A stretch of DNA of 64,000 nt from Candidatus Kapaibacterium sp. (GTDB lineage Bacteria; Bacteroidota; Ignavibacteria; Kapaibacteriales; UBA2268), in the NCBI GenBank assembly GCA_963665665.1, contig OY762428.1, positions 2,240,001-2,304,000 of the forward strand, written 5' to 3'. The position numbers were made by a program, and so were the translations under genes. Of the stretch, positions 40,773 to 50,323 are shown in pieces. Within the stretch, counting starts at the first letter, position 1. The number at the start of each line of letters is the position of its first letter. The notes under the pieces are model-generated. The model did not search any database and was not told the origin of the DNA. It saw nothing but the letters and a program-made list of their open reading frames with translations.

Positions 40773-42386
40773 TTATATTAACTGAAAATCAGGTGAAGTA
40801 ATAAAAGAGTGAATTAATTCTCTGATCGCCGTGGCAACCGCTTCGTTTTCAGCCGCGAGTTCCGCGCCCCATGCAGATTCGTCAATTCCTGATTTTTCAA
40901 GAATCAGGGCTTTATACCTTGCAGTTCTTGTTGCGTCAATTGGATTTGGCAGGAAATATTCAGTTATGCTGGAAACGAAAGTATCGATATTATCGGAACC
41001 GGGGAATTTATTCGCGAGAGCAAAAATTTTATCATTTCCGGCAAGATCAATAATTTCTCCGGCATATTTTGCCCTTAGCGGGAATGTGGTCGTACTTATC
41101 CATGTACGGTAGCCCTTCCAGCTTCCCACATTTGGCGGATCGTAAAGCACCTGTTCCAGATCGAATATTGCCTGGCGGGATTCGCTGTATTCCACATTAA
41201 GCATCTTTTGCAGGCCGATAATGAATTCAGGCGGCCTCTTGAATTGAATACCCATATTGGCTTCGTCAAAGAAATGCTGGCTGGCAAATAATTTTACAAA
41301 CATCGGGCGTACATCATGCTCGTTGTGGATGAAAACATCTGCCAGTTCGTCGATTATATCCGCGTCAATTGCGTCCGGGTTGGAATACACAAAATACCTG
41401 TACATTTTATTTGCAATGAAGCGACCAATCGACCTTTCCCGGTTTCGGAACATAATATCGATTATTCCTTCACGCAGTTCTTCTTTTCTTACCAGGTCTT
41501 CGGTATTGGACATTTCATACCTGGGTGGAATTGTTTCACCCATGTAGCTTTTTGCTTCAATAATATGATCATTAGGGGAGAAGTATGTTTCGAAATATCC
41601 GTTCGGATGCGGTTCGCCATAGTAAGCGGCAGTACGCCATCCCGTAAGGGCTTTTGTACCCTCGCGGATATCGCCCTCTGTATAATTTCTGTCGCCGGTA
41701 AGTACATCGCCCGTGCCCATGGTGAACAGTTCCATCATCTCGCGCATATAGTTTTCATTGGCAATATTCCTGTTGCTATAGAAAAGGCTCTGGTACATCA
41801 GCATAGCACCGTCCAGAGTTATGGCTTCTGCAATTTCTTTGTAATTACCCATTCTGAGTTGCCTCAGGGTTTGATTGTTTCTTATCAGCAGGCCCGGGGG
41901 CAATAGCGCCAGGGTATCATAAGTAAATTCGATTGTCCAGATAGTTGACCAGAAGAGGGTTAGTTTTTCCATGGAGGACAGCCCCTCCTGTCTCATAAGG
42001 CCTATCCACCAGTCAATAAATTCTTTATATGCAGTTTTTATCCTTCCTTCTATTTCAAAGCGGATATCAACTGATCCGGTTGTCAGCGGATTTTCCTCGG
42101 GTGTTGTTACCCAGGATTTTTCCGGGAATTCCGGCATCGCCTGCGAGCCGTCACCAAGAATCATTTCCACTGCTTCGCGGGCAGTCTTGCCGGTAATTGT
42201 ATCAATTTCCTCAGGTGTTGGCACGAAAGTCAACCTGCGAAGCAGGTGCGCTGCCTGCCTGCGGGAAAGGGGGCCTGCCTGTTCGTCGAGAGACTGAATC
42301 ATGTCTCCCCGTTTCTTTGGCGAACCCTGCGGAGCTTTGAAAGCTGCCCCGGGTGAAAAACTTGTTATAAAGTCGCGACGATCCAT
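40773..42386 (-). CDS. DUF1800 family protein
   Basis: Motifs AAHLLRR, EKLTLFW, NENYMREMMELFTMG and PPNVGSWKG. Canonical partner of DUF1501. Confidence 0.9.
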   Translation of the reverse strand: MDRRDFITSFSPGAAFKAPQGSPKKRGDMIQSLDEQAGPLSRRQAAHLLRRLTFVPTPEEIDTITGKTAREAVEMILGDGSQAMPEFPEKSWVTTPEENPLTTGSVDIRFEIEGRIKTAYKEFIDWWIGLMRQEGLSSMEKLTLFWSTIWTIEFTYDTLALLPPGLLIRNNQTLRQLRMGNYKEIAEAITLDGAMLMYQSLFYSNRNIANENYMREMMELFTMGTGDVLTGDRNYTEGDIREGTKALTGWRTAAYYGEPHPNGYFETYFSPNDHIIEAKSYMGETIPPRYEMSNTEDLVRKEELREGIIDIMFRNRERSIGRFIANKMYRYFVYSNPDAIDADIIDELADVFIHNEHDVRPMFVKLFASQHFFDEANMGIQFKRPPEFIIGLQKMLNVEYSESRQAIFDLEQVLYDPPNVGSWKGYRTWISTTTFPLRAKYAGEIIDLAGNDKIFALANKFPGSDNIDTFVSSITEYFLPNPIDATRTARYKALILEKSGIDESAWGAELAAENEAVATAIRELIHSFITSPDFQLI

Positions 42387-42411
42387 AATGTGTTCCTGTA
42401 ATTGTGATGAA

Positions 42412-44388
42412 TTATTCTATCGGAGTTTTAACTTCAATTAATACGGTACGGCAGTAAAAACGCCCTTCCGGCAGCGTGTTGTCGTATAATAATTTGTCTG
42501 GCCCCGTACCGCTTACTTTGTCTACTTCTACATCAGGATTTATCGACTTGATATAATCCCTGACATTTATTGCCCTGTCCAGCGAAAGGCGCATATTGTA
42601 CCTGTATTCGCCCAGCCTGTCGGTTGAGCCGGTAATATTTACCTTTGAATTATTCTTAATAGCGCTTCTTACAAAATCATTTATCATCTTTGTGTTAAAA
42701 TCAGAAATCAAAGATCTGTCAAAATCAAATACTATCAGATTCAGGCGGCCAATCTCAAAATTATCCCTGTTTTTTGTAATATTGATAAGCTCGGAAGATA
42801 TTTCCATTCCGCCGTCCTGATGATAAACAGTCAGTTCCGCCTCAAGAGGTTTATTTTTTTCAGCTGCATCGGTAATTATCTTTTCCAGTTGATAATCGGA
42901 AGGAATTGTCAGAGTTTCCGGTGCGCCTTCGCCACTAACTTTCTTAACCATTTCATCATTATATCTTAGCCTCAGCTCATAATTCCTGACATGTTTCGGT
43001 TCTTTGATATCAATTTTCAGTTCAAGGGGTTTTTCGAGCGGAGTGTATTCAAGAAATCGCGAATGGATTACCGGTGCCAGAAGCCTGGGATTATCAGAGT
43101 ACAATTCCAGACGCCTGTTCTCGTCAAATCCTTCGCTATATTCAGTACTTGTTGGCAGGTTAGGTTTGTCTGATTTATTGATAATAAACCTGTCCCTGTC
43201 AATATCCCAGCGATTCGCGATCAATCCGGCAAAGTTGCGCGCCCTTTGGCCGGCAAGATTCAGCCTGTCTTCTCTTTCAGGAAGCTCTTCGCCGTCGGTA
43301 ACTCCGTTTATTGTTAAAACGGCTTCGGGATTTTCTTTCATCCTGGAGCCGATAATATCAATAATTGAATAATATATATCCAGGGTTTCATTCGGGAGAT
43401 TATTCTCGCTGAATTCGTCAACATCTCCACCCGGTAAATATATATCTTTCATATCATGTGAAGCGCTGTCGAAAAACACATAGGGCAGTATAGGATATGC
43501 CCTGGTAACTATTGTTTCCCTTATCTCAACGGGTTCCGGTTTTATCAATGCAATAATCGGATCCCTGACCGGCGCAGGTTCATCCATATCATCATATCTG
43601 TTTTTATATTCAAATTCATAGTCTGGCTTTTCCTTTCCGCCCGGATTGTATGCCAGGGATACAGTAAATCGGAGAAGGCTGTTCTTCCAGTCACTTTCTT
43701 TCATCACTGAGTTTAACCCGTACCTGTATTCCACTCCCGGAAGAAGCGATATGTTTTCATTCAAACGGACTTTCCATTCAGCCCCGGCAAGCAGTCCAAG
43801 ATTTGTTTGCGACTGAATCTCACCTTCGCCAACTGTTTGCTGAAATGTACCGTTTTCATACCTCACGGATAATGGCGATTTAATTTTTTCAGTATTTGTA
43901 AATTCTGAAGAGAAGAAAGGCTCGGCAATATCAATACCCGCCCTAAAGTACAGAGGCAAAGATGACAGAGGTTTCAGCTTCGCGTTCAAAGCAAGCGCAA
44001 AAACAGCGATTTGGGCATCGAAATTATGCTCCCGGATGAAAGGAACATACTCGTCTTTTTCAGGATCCAGAACCTCAGAGCACTGCGACTCACCGCTTAG
44101 CGAAGCAGGACGGTAATCATAGCTCAGCCGACCCTCGATGAAAAGAAATTTCGGCATAATTTCATATCCGCCGATAAGTCCGGCGAACCAGCTTATATCT
44201 TCGCCGTTACCGTAACTGCCGCAAAGGCTGTTATTCGGAAAATAAGGAATAGTGCTTTCATTCCATATCATTCCGGCTCCTGCGCTGATGCCAATATAAT
44301 AAGGTTCTTTCTCCTCATTTGGGAAAACAGGGAAAGTAATAAACAGATAAATTGTAAGGAAAATTAAAACCCGGTAAATATATCTCAT
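42412..44388 (-). CDS. Outer-membrane beta-barrel protein with two OmpA-like peptidoglycan-binding domains
   Basis: N-terminal barrel-like strands, then GVTDG...LAGQRA...ENRRLEL and GSTDRLG..NMRLSLDRA...RTV. Confidence 0.8.
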   Translation of the reverse strand: MRYIYRVLIFLTIYLFITFPVFPNEEKEPYYIGISAGAGMIWNESTIPYFPNNSLCGSYGNGEDISWFAGLIGGYEIMPKFLFIEGRLSYDYRPASLSGESQCSEVLDPEKDEYVPFIREHNFDAQIAVFALALNAKLKPLSSLPLYFRAGIDIAEPFFSSEFTNTEKIKSPLSVRYENGTFQQTVGEGEIQSQTNLGLLAGAEWKVRLNENISLLPGVEYRYGLNSVMKESDWKNSLLRFTVSLAYNPGGKEKPDYEFEYKNRYDDMDEPAPVRDPIIALIKPEPVEIRETIVTRAYPILPYVFFDSASHDMKDIYLPGGDVDEFSENNLPNETLDIYYSIIDIIGSRMKENPEAVLTINGVTDGEELPEREDRLNLAGQRARNFAGLIANRWDIDRDRFIINKSDKPNLPTSTEYSEGFDENRRLELYSDNPRLLAPVIHSRFLEYTPLEKPLELKIDIKEPKHVRNYELRLRYNDEMVKKVSGEGAPETLTIPSDYQLEKIITDAAEKNKPLEAELTVYHQDGGMEISSELINITKNRDNFEIGRLNLIVFDFDRSLISDFNTKMINDFVRSAIKNNSKVNITGSTDRLGEYRYNMRLSLDRAINVRDYIKSINPDVEVDKVSGTGPDKLLYDNTLPEGRFYCRTVLIEVKTPIE

Positions 44389-44802
44389 AATTTATTTATG
44401 TTATCGGGGTATTCTACATTCCGAATGATGGTGATTTTGTCATGCTTTGTGTCAGATCTCCGCTCTAAGTCTCAGTCTTTCCTTTTTCAGCTCCCGGTGA
44501 AAAAAAGTTAATTAAAAGTATAATTAGAGACTTGCTTTACGCCTAAATATTTTAGGCAGGGTGAAAAATTTTAAGCCACAGAGGGAAAGACTGCATTCCA
44601 CTTACCGCAGTAAGCCAGAGTGTTTTATTCTCCGGCTTTGCAGCACTTAATCAGCCTGACCAACTTCCTATCGCTTCGCTTATGAAATTTGAATATCACT
44701 TTTTAATAATTTCTTGATTGGCAGGCCGCCAAAACCTTCCGATATAAATAACTTTTCTTTATATTGTCCGTATAAAATAGATCTAATACAGAATGAGTTT
44801 TT

Positions 44803-45906
44803 ATGGCGGGAACGAATAATTTCAGAAAAAAAGAACCGGGTATCAGGGAAACTTTACAGGATGACCTGAACAGCGGTGATTTCTTTAAGAACCTGAAACG
44901 CGAATGGGCCGAACTGAAAGAATTCTTTATTGATGATGACAGACGGGAACAGCTAAAAACGATGGGCGGGTTCAAAAAATTCTTCGTTTTGCCATTCTGG
45001 CTGCTGAAAAGCCTTTTTCTGAAAATGAATACTGTTCGAAGAATGCTTTTCATTTTCAGCATTGTACTTATGTTCCTGACAGTAAAAATTGGAAACAGCA
45101 ATTCTGAACCCAATATGGATTTCAATCTGTTTGCAGCTTTTGTACTGATATTTATTCTTATGCTGGAACTTAAGGACAAACTACTGGCTAAAAGTGAACT
45201 ACGCGAAGGACGCTCAGTTCAGGAGGCCATGATGCCCGAGGAGAATCCTGCTATCAGTGGCTGGGACATTTTTCTGTACTCCAGGCCTGCAAATGATGTT
45301 GGCGGCGACATGGTGGACTACCTGAGGCTTGGCGAAAAAAGGAATTACATAGCCCTCGGGGATGTTTCCGGCAAAGGCCTTGGGGCAGCGCTGTTTATGG
45401 TGAAATTACAATCCACACTCAGGGCTATGGCAAACGAGATAACTTCCCCAGCAGAAATTTGCGACAGGGTAAACTCCATTTTCCATAGGGATAAAACTTC
45501 TAAAAGCTTTGCATCGCTTGTTTATGTAGAAGTAGAAGACAATTCAGACAAACTCAAAATTGTTAATGCAGGCCACATGCCCCCAAAAATTCTCAGTGAT
45601 GAAATAAAAGAAACTAAAACAAAAGGTATGCCGGCAATAGGCCTGATGAAAAAACCTCCGTACAGCGAAGAAATAATTAGTTTTAACTCCGGTGATGCAA
45701 TGATAATTTATTCAGACGGAGTAACGGAAGCAAGAAACCCTTGGGGAGATTTCCTCGGGGAAGATAAGTTCGAGACATTTCTCGGCAAGATAAAACATCA
45801 GAATGCTTCTATGATGGGCAAAAGACTTCTTGCCGAATTAGAATATTTCATAGACGATGCCAGTCAGTCTGATGATATTTCAATAGCAATATTAAAGAAA
45901 GAATAA
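44803..45906 (+). CDS. SpoIIE/RsbU-type PP2C phosphatase, membrane-anchored
   Basis: Motifs VGGDMVD, LGDVSGKG, NAGH, YSDGVTEA and DDISI. Confidence 0.92.
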   Translation: MAGTNNFRKKEPGIRETLQDDLNSGDFFKNLKREWAELKEFFIDDDRREQLKTMGGFKKFFVLPFWLLKSLFLKMNTVRRMLFIFSIVLMFLTVKIGNSNSEPNMDFNLFAAFVLIFILMLELKDKLLAKSELREGRSVQEAMMPEENPAISGWDIFLYSRPANDVGGDMVDYLRLGEKRNYIALGDVSGKGLGAALFMVKLQSTLRAMANEITSPAEICDRVNSIFHRDKTSKSFASLVYVEVEDNSDKLKIVNAGHMPPKILSDEIKETKTKGMPAIGLMKKPPYSEEIISFNSGDAMIIYSDGVTEARNPWGDFLGEDKFETFLGKIKHQNASMMGKRLLAELEYFIDDASQSDDISIAILKKE

Positions 45907-45922
45907 TTTCCTCTTTCAAATT

Positions 45923-46105
45923 TTCCCGTCCGGTTCTTATTATTATAAAGTTCGTTGCGGTAAGCAGCTCATGAACGGCCGTTTTATAGTAAGGAAGTAA
46001 AGTGTTGCAACCTGAGGGTTAACCATCAGATTTTGGATAGCATCACTCGTCCGGCGATTTTAATTGCCTGATTTTAGTTTAAAATAACAAGAACCGCCCG
46101 GGGAA
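45923..46105. ncRNA. Candidate ~180-nt rod-shaped structured RNA (6S RNA-like)
   Basis: The termini pair (CCCGTCCGGTTCTTATTATT with AATAACAAGAACCGCCCGGG). Inner pairings are GGTAA/TTGCC and GTGTTGC/GCATCAC, with an apical hairpin CTGAGGG-TTAA-CCATCAG. Confidence 0.45.
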
Positions 46106-46116
46106 GGCGGCTCTTT
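46090..46116 (-). terminator. Hairpin or terminator downstream of the flotillin gene
   Basis: The minus strand reads AAGAGCCGCC-TTCCCCG-GGCGGTTCTT-GTTATTTT. Confidence 0.6.
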
Positions 46117-46199
46117 ATGGGTTTAGGGTTAGTTTGTCAGATTCATCACATCTTTAAAAACGATGTATGGCTAATTATATTGTTAGGTGTTGCAAATAT

Positions 46200-47813
46200 T
46201 TATTCTTTTGCATCATCTTCTTTGTTTTTTCCAAAATGGCTGAGTATATCAACGCCTGTTGCATTCTCGATCATTTCGGAAAGTGAGACGACCGATCCCG
46301 GGAGCTGGTTTACAAGCTTGGAAATATTATTTCCGCCATTGTCGCCGTTTCCGCTGTCAATCATTGTTATCTTGTCAATATTAATACCCTTTATTGATGA
46401 AGTAAGGGTATCGACAATCTGCGGAAGCATTTGCAGCATGAATACTTTATCTCCCTTACCGTCCGCACTGAGATATGCGCCTATCATCTGCTCAAGCACC
46501 ATACGGCGTGCTTCACCGTCAGCGATAATTGATGCAGCCTCGCCTTTTGCTTCAAGTTCCAGTGCTTCTTTCCTGGCTTTAGCCGGTTCGATAACGTCAG
46601 CCTGCAGGCGTTTCTTCTGGAGGATAATCCTTTCCTCTTCCATTTCCTGCTCGTATTTGGCCTGAGCTTTCTGTCCTGCAACTTCAGCTTCTTTTTCCAT
46701 GATAATTGCTTCTTTTTCAAGCTCGGCTTTCTTCATCCTCAGGTTGTTGCGTTCAGTTTCAACTTCCTGACCGGCAAGTGCTTCAGAAACTTTAACATTT
46801 CTGTCCGAACTGATCTGCGCCTGTTCCACGGCCTGTTTGGATTCTGCTCTGGCCTTTTCGGCTTCTGCATTAGCAAGCGCTTCTGCCGCTTTGGCTTCTG
46901 CCTGCTTGCGTGAATTAGCAATATTAACATTCTGTTGCGACTCAATCTGTGCTGTTTCAATTTCCTGTTTGGCCTTTGCATTTGCTTTCTCAACTTTTTC
47001 CTTTGCAAGTGCGGCAGCTTCCTTGGCGTCGGCTTCTTTCATCGAGTTCTTGATATTAATATTCTGCTGAACTTCAATCTGTGCTGTTTCAATATCCTGC
47101 TTGGCTTTTGCCCTGGCAATCTCGGCTCTTTTCACGCCATCAGCTTCGGCTTCTTCAGCTTCGGCTTTTTTGTCCGCCTCGGCCTTTTTAGCCTGGGCAA
47201 TTACCTCGGCAGTTTTCATACGTCCGATAGAATCCAGATAGCCTCTTTCATCGGAAATATTCGTGATTTTCAAAGTGTCAAGTTTCAAACCCAGTTTTTC
47301 CAGGTCGGTATCGGCTTCTTCCATCAGCTTCTGAGCAAATTTCAACCTGTCCTCGTTTACTTCTTCCGGGGTCAGCGAGGCAAGGACTCCGCGAAGGTTA
47401 CCTTCCAGGTTGTCCTTGGCTATAGCATGGATCTCTTCCTGGTTCATTGTCAGGAATCTTTCCACGGCATTTCCGAAAATCGGTTCTGTAGCATCAATCT
47501 TAATATTTGCGATAGCATCCACTACCAGCGGAATACCGCCTTTGGAATATGCATTATGAACAGAGAGTTCAATCGGAATAGTTTCAAGCGACATGCGGGA
47601 TGCTTTTTCGAGCAGCGGTATCTTTATGGCTCTCCCGCCCCTGATCATCCTGAATCCGACAATCGAACCGTCAGATAGTTTTCGTTTACGCCCCGATAGT
47701 ATTATAACTTCGTTCGGCTGAGCGATCAGCAGAAGCCTGCTTACTGCTATCATAACTATCAGCAGGGCAGCTGCTGCGATTACAACAAGCACTAGTATTG
47801 CACTGTTTTCCAT
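46200..47813 (-). CDS. Flotillin/SPFH domain protein
   Basis: N-terminal TM helix, PNEVIILSG, LEGNLRGVLASLTPEEVNEDR, GYLDSIGR and a long AE/AK coiled coil. Confidence 0.92.
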   Translation of the reverse strand: MENSAILVLVVIAAAALLIVMIAVSRLLLIAQPNEVIILSGRKRKLSDGSIVGFRMIRGGRAIKIPLLEKASRMSLETIPIELSVHNAYSKGGIPLVVDAIANIKIDATEPIFGNAVERFLTMNQEEIHAIAKDNLEGNLRGVLASLTPEEVNEDRLKFAQKLMEEADTDLEKLGLKLDTLKITNISDERGYLDSIGRMKTAEVIAQAKKAEADKKAEAEEAEADGVKRAEIARAKAKQDIETAQIEVQQNINIKNSMKEADAKEAAALAKEKVEKANAKAKQEIETAQIESQQNVNIANSRKQAEAKAAEALANAEAEKARAESKQAVEQAQISSDRNVKVSEALAGQEVETERNNLRMKKAELEKEAIIMEKEAEVAGQKAQAKYEQEMEEERIILQKKRLQADVIEPAKARKEALELEAKGEAASIIADGEARRMVLEQMIGAYLSADGKGDKVFMLQMLPQIVDTLTSSIKGINIDKITMIDSGNGDNGGNNISKLVNQLPGSVVSLSEMIENATGVDILSHFGKNKEDDAKE

Positions 47814-47825
47814 AGTAAGTTCTCC

Positions 47826-48437
47826 TTAGTTTAAGTAATCTGTTTCTACAATGTAAGCCATATTGTCTTTCACTTCAATAATAAGAACCCTGTCACCGAA
47901 TTTGAATTGATTTTTCTTTGAAGCATCAGAAATCTTTGCTTTTAATTCAATTGTGTTTCCTCCGGCACATACAGATATCTTTCCTTTTTCTTTTCCGCTC
48001 AGTCCAAGCAATACCTTTCCTGTTCTTCCTTTCAATGTACCGAGCTGCAAAGATTCACCGCTTTGGGAAGTCAGAAGGTATTTATAAAATTTATGGCCTG
48101 TTACCCAGGACATTGCCCCAATACCGACGGATGCCGCCAGTGTGATCAGGAAATTTGCGGACATAAGCTCCAGCACTGTTCCGGTCAGCCCGAAAAAAGC
48201 CATGAAAAAGATAATATTTCTGAAACTCAGGAACTTTGCAGCATCGGCAGCATCGCCCTGGTGGTCAATATCTCCTGAATGGTCAACATCGTGGCTCAGG
48301 TCGGGATCACCCCCGGAAAGATCATGGCCACCCGCGTGAGCGTCAAGTTCATGGCTTCCGTGGCTGTCTCCCATTATAAAGCTGGCTCCGAGCAGGATAC
48401 CGCCAAAAATCAGACAAGATAAGTATAGAATAAACAT
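47826..48437 (-). CDS. NfeD/YuaF-like flotillin partner
   Basis: TM helices, a His/Asp-rich loop and a C-terminal OB fold (GRTGKV...GDRVLIIEV). Lies upstream of the flotillin gene. Confidence 0.85.
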   Translation of the reverse strand: MFILYLSCLIFGGILLGASFIMGDSHGSHELDAHAGGHDLSGGDPDLSHDVDHSGDIDHQGDAADAAKFLSFRNIIFFMAFFGLTGTVLELMSANFLITLAASVGIGAMSWVTGHKFYKYLLTSQSGESLQLGTLKGRTGKVLLGLSGKEKGKISVCAGGNTIELKAKISDASKKNQFKFGDRVLIIEVKDNMAYIVETDYLN

Positions 48438-48885
48438 CTTTTACTCCCGAAAAATTACAATTTTACAATTTCAAGGGTCGGATATTCCGGCGCTAAGTGG
48501 TCATTTGATTCAATCAGAAAGCGAAATATAGCTTAATATTTTAAATTTTCAAAAGTGATTTTTAATTCGTAGGATAAAATTGATTTTGCTCCGAATATCA
48601 GGATTTCAAACAATCAATCATAGCGCTATGAACACTCAATGGCAAGCCAATAAATTGAATATCTGGAGCTGAATAATTATATCCCGGTTTCGATATTGCT
48701 TTCCCGGTAAATAATTATTCAAATAATTGTCTGCCGGGAAATTCCTGGTATGTTTGTGGTGGTAATCATATTGTCAAGGCCTCCGAAATTGTTAAACCTC
48801 TTACTAATAAATACGGATAAAAATTCCGGGGGTTTCAAAAATCGGAATGCAGATTATCGAAAATTGATAGTGAATTATGAGATAG

Positions 48886-50118
48886 CTATTTGAACCTTAA
48901 AGCGCGGGCCGGGCTAATCCTGACAGCAATCAATGCAGGAATGAAAGTAGCAAGAAATGCCATGAATACCGAAACACCGATGACTATAACGAAATGCCAG
49001 GGAGACATACTGATAGGAATTGCATCAAGGAAGTAAATCTCGCCTTTCAGGCTAATAATCTCGTATTTCTGCTGTATCAGGCACAAAATAAATGCCAGAA
49101 GCGAACCTGATATTGTACCGATAAAACCGGTCATTGTTCCCCTGAAAACAAAAATACTGACTATCTGGGAGCCTTTCATTCCGAGTGAACGGAGAATTCC
49201 AATGGTACGGGTTTTTTCTACCACAATAACAAGAAGAGTTGTAATAATGTTCAGGACGGCAACAATGCTTATCAATGCAAGCACTATGGGTATTGGTTGT
49301 TTCTGCAATTCTATCCATGAGAAAATTGCCGAATGCTTTTCGTAAACAGTTTCTGTAAAATAAGGAAAACCAAGCTGATCATCCATGTGCCTGGATACAC
49401 TTATGGCCTCTTCGGGATTTTTCAACATAATATCGATAGAAGTGGCCTGAGCTGGTGGAATCCTGTATAGCCCTGCAGCTGATTTCATAGGTATAAATAT
49501 ATATGTTTCATCATATTGGCTCATACCTGTGCGGTAAAGCCCCCTGACTTTGAAACGTGATATTCGCGCATCAGGTATTGCACCCGCCGACAACCCGGCA
49601 TTTTTGAGTGTATATAGTATTATTTTGTCCCCCGGCTTCACATTCAGTTTGTTTGCCAGAGGAACACCGATTATTGCTTCCCTGGCCGAATCCGAACTAA
49701 AAGCAAAATGGCCTTCTTTCAGGTTTTCTTCGAGCGATGTAATATCCAACCCCGGCTGCATCCCCCTTATCACCACTCCGTCAGTATAAGTTTTTGTCCT
49801 GACAAGCCCCTCGCGTTCAATTACCGGAGCCATTGCTTCCAGGTCGCTATAATTATCGCGAAGTGTATTCATAACTTCATGATAATTATATATAGGAGTC
49901 CTGTTAAATGTTTTTATTGAAATATGGGAGCTGAATTTAATGGCATTTTCGTGCAATTTGTCATCAAAGCCTTCGAGTACCGACAATGACAGTATCAGAG
50001 CCATACTTCCAAGCATTACGCTTAGAAGTGCCGCAATTCTGACAAACCAGACAAAACGGCTTTTTCCCTTTCCGGAAGTTACTTTCTCTGCAATATATTT
50101 TATATTTCCACCTGTCAT
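48886..50118 (-). CDS. LolC/E-like lipoprotein-releasing ABC permease (MacB/FtsX family)
   Basis: Motifs LSVLEGF, VVEKTRTIGILRSLG and PARALRF. Confidence 0.88.
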   Translation of the reverse strand: MTGGNIKYIAEKVTSGKGKSRFVWFVRIAALLSVMLGSMALILSLSVLEGFDDKLHENAIKFSSHISIKTFNRTPIYNYHEVMNTLRDNYSDLEAMAPVIEREGLVRTKTYTDGVVIRGMQPGLDITSLEENLKEGHFAFSSDSAREAIIGVPLANKLNVKPGDKIILYTLKNAGLSAGAIPDARISRFKVRGLYRTGMSQYDETYIFIPMKSAAGLYRIPPAQATSIDIMLKNPEEAISVSRHMDDQLGFPYFTETVYEKHSAIFSWIELQKQPIPIVLALISIVAVLNIITTLLVIVVEKTRTIGILRSLGMKGSQIVSIFVFRGTMTGFIGTISGSLLAFILCLIQQKYEIISLKGEIYFLDAIPISMSPWHFVIVIGVSVFMAFLATFIPALIAVRISPARALRFK

Positions 50119-50260
50119 TATGCAAAGATATGAAAAAGGCAGAAAAGAATTTTACAGGATAAAGAATATTATTCAAATACTGCTGACACTAATTAACTTT
50201 AAAACAATATATCTTTAATCCCTTAATACAAATTGAATACTCCCGAATCCACTGTAATAT

Positions 50261-50295
50261 AAAAAAAAGGCTGCCCTTAAAAAACAGGACAGCCC
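50261..50295 (-). terminator. Terminator after the S8 peptidase gene
   Basis: A8-GGCTGCCCT...AGGACAGCC on the plus strand. Confidence 0.7.
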
Positions 50296-50323
50296 AAGTT
50301 ATGCCTTAATCATTGTTGAATGA

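Noticed and set aside
44570-44625. Cobalamin riboswitch-like words (GCCAC..GGGAA..AAGCCAG) on the plus strand
   Set aside because: The upstream core (GGGAA-CCGGTG, CCCGC-ACTGT) and the full B12 box are missing, and the downstream gene is unrelated to B12.
46935-47678. Long antisense ORFs (also 20084-20797, 33264-33893, 26233-26853, 41316-41906, 57700-58239)
   Set aside because: These are shadow frames of well-supported genes on the opposite strand.
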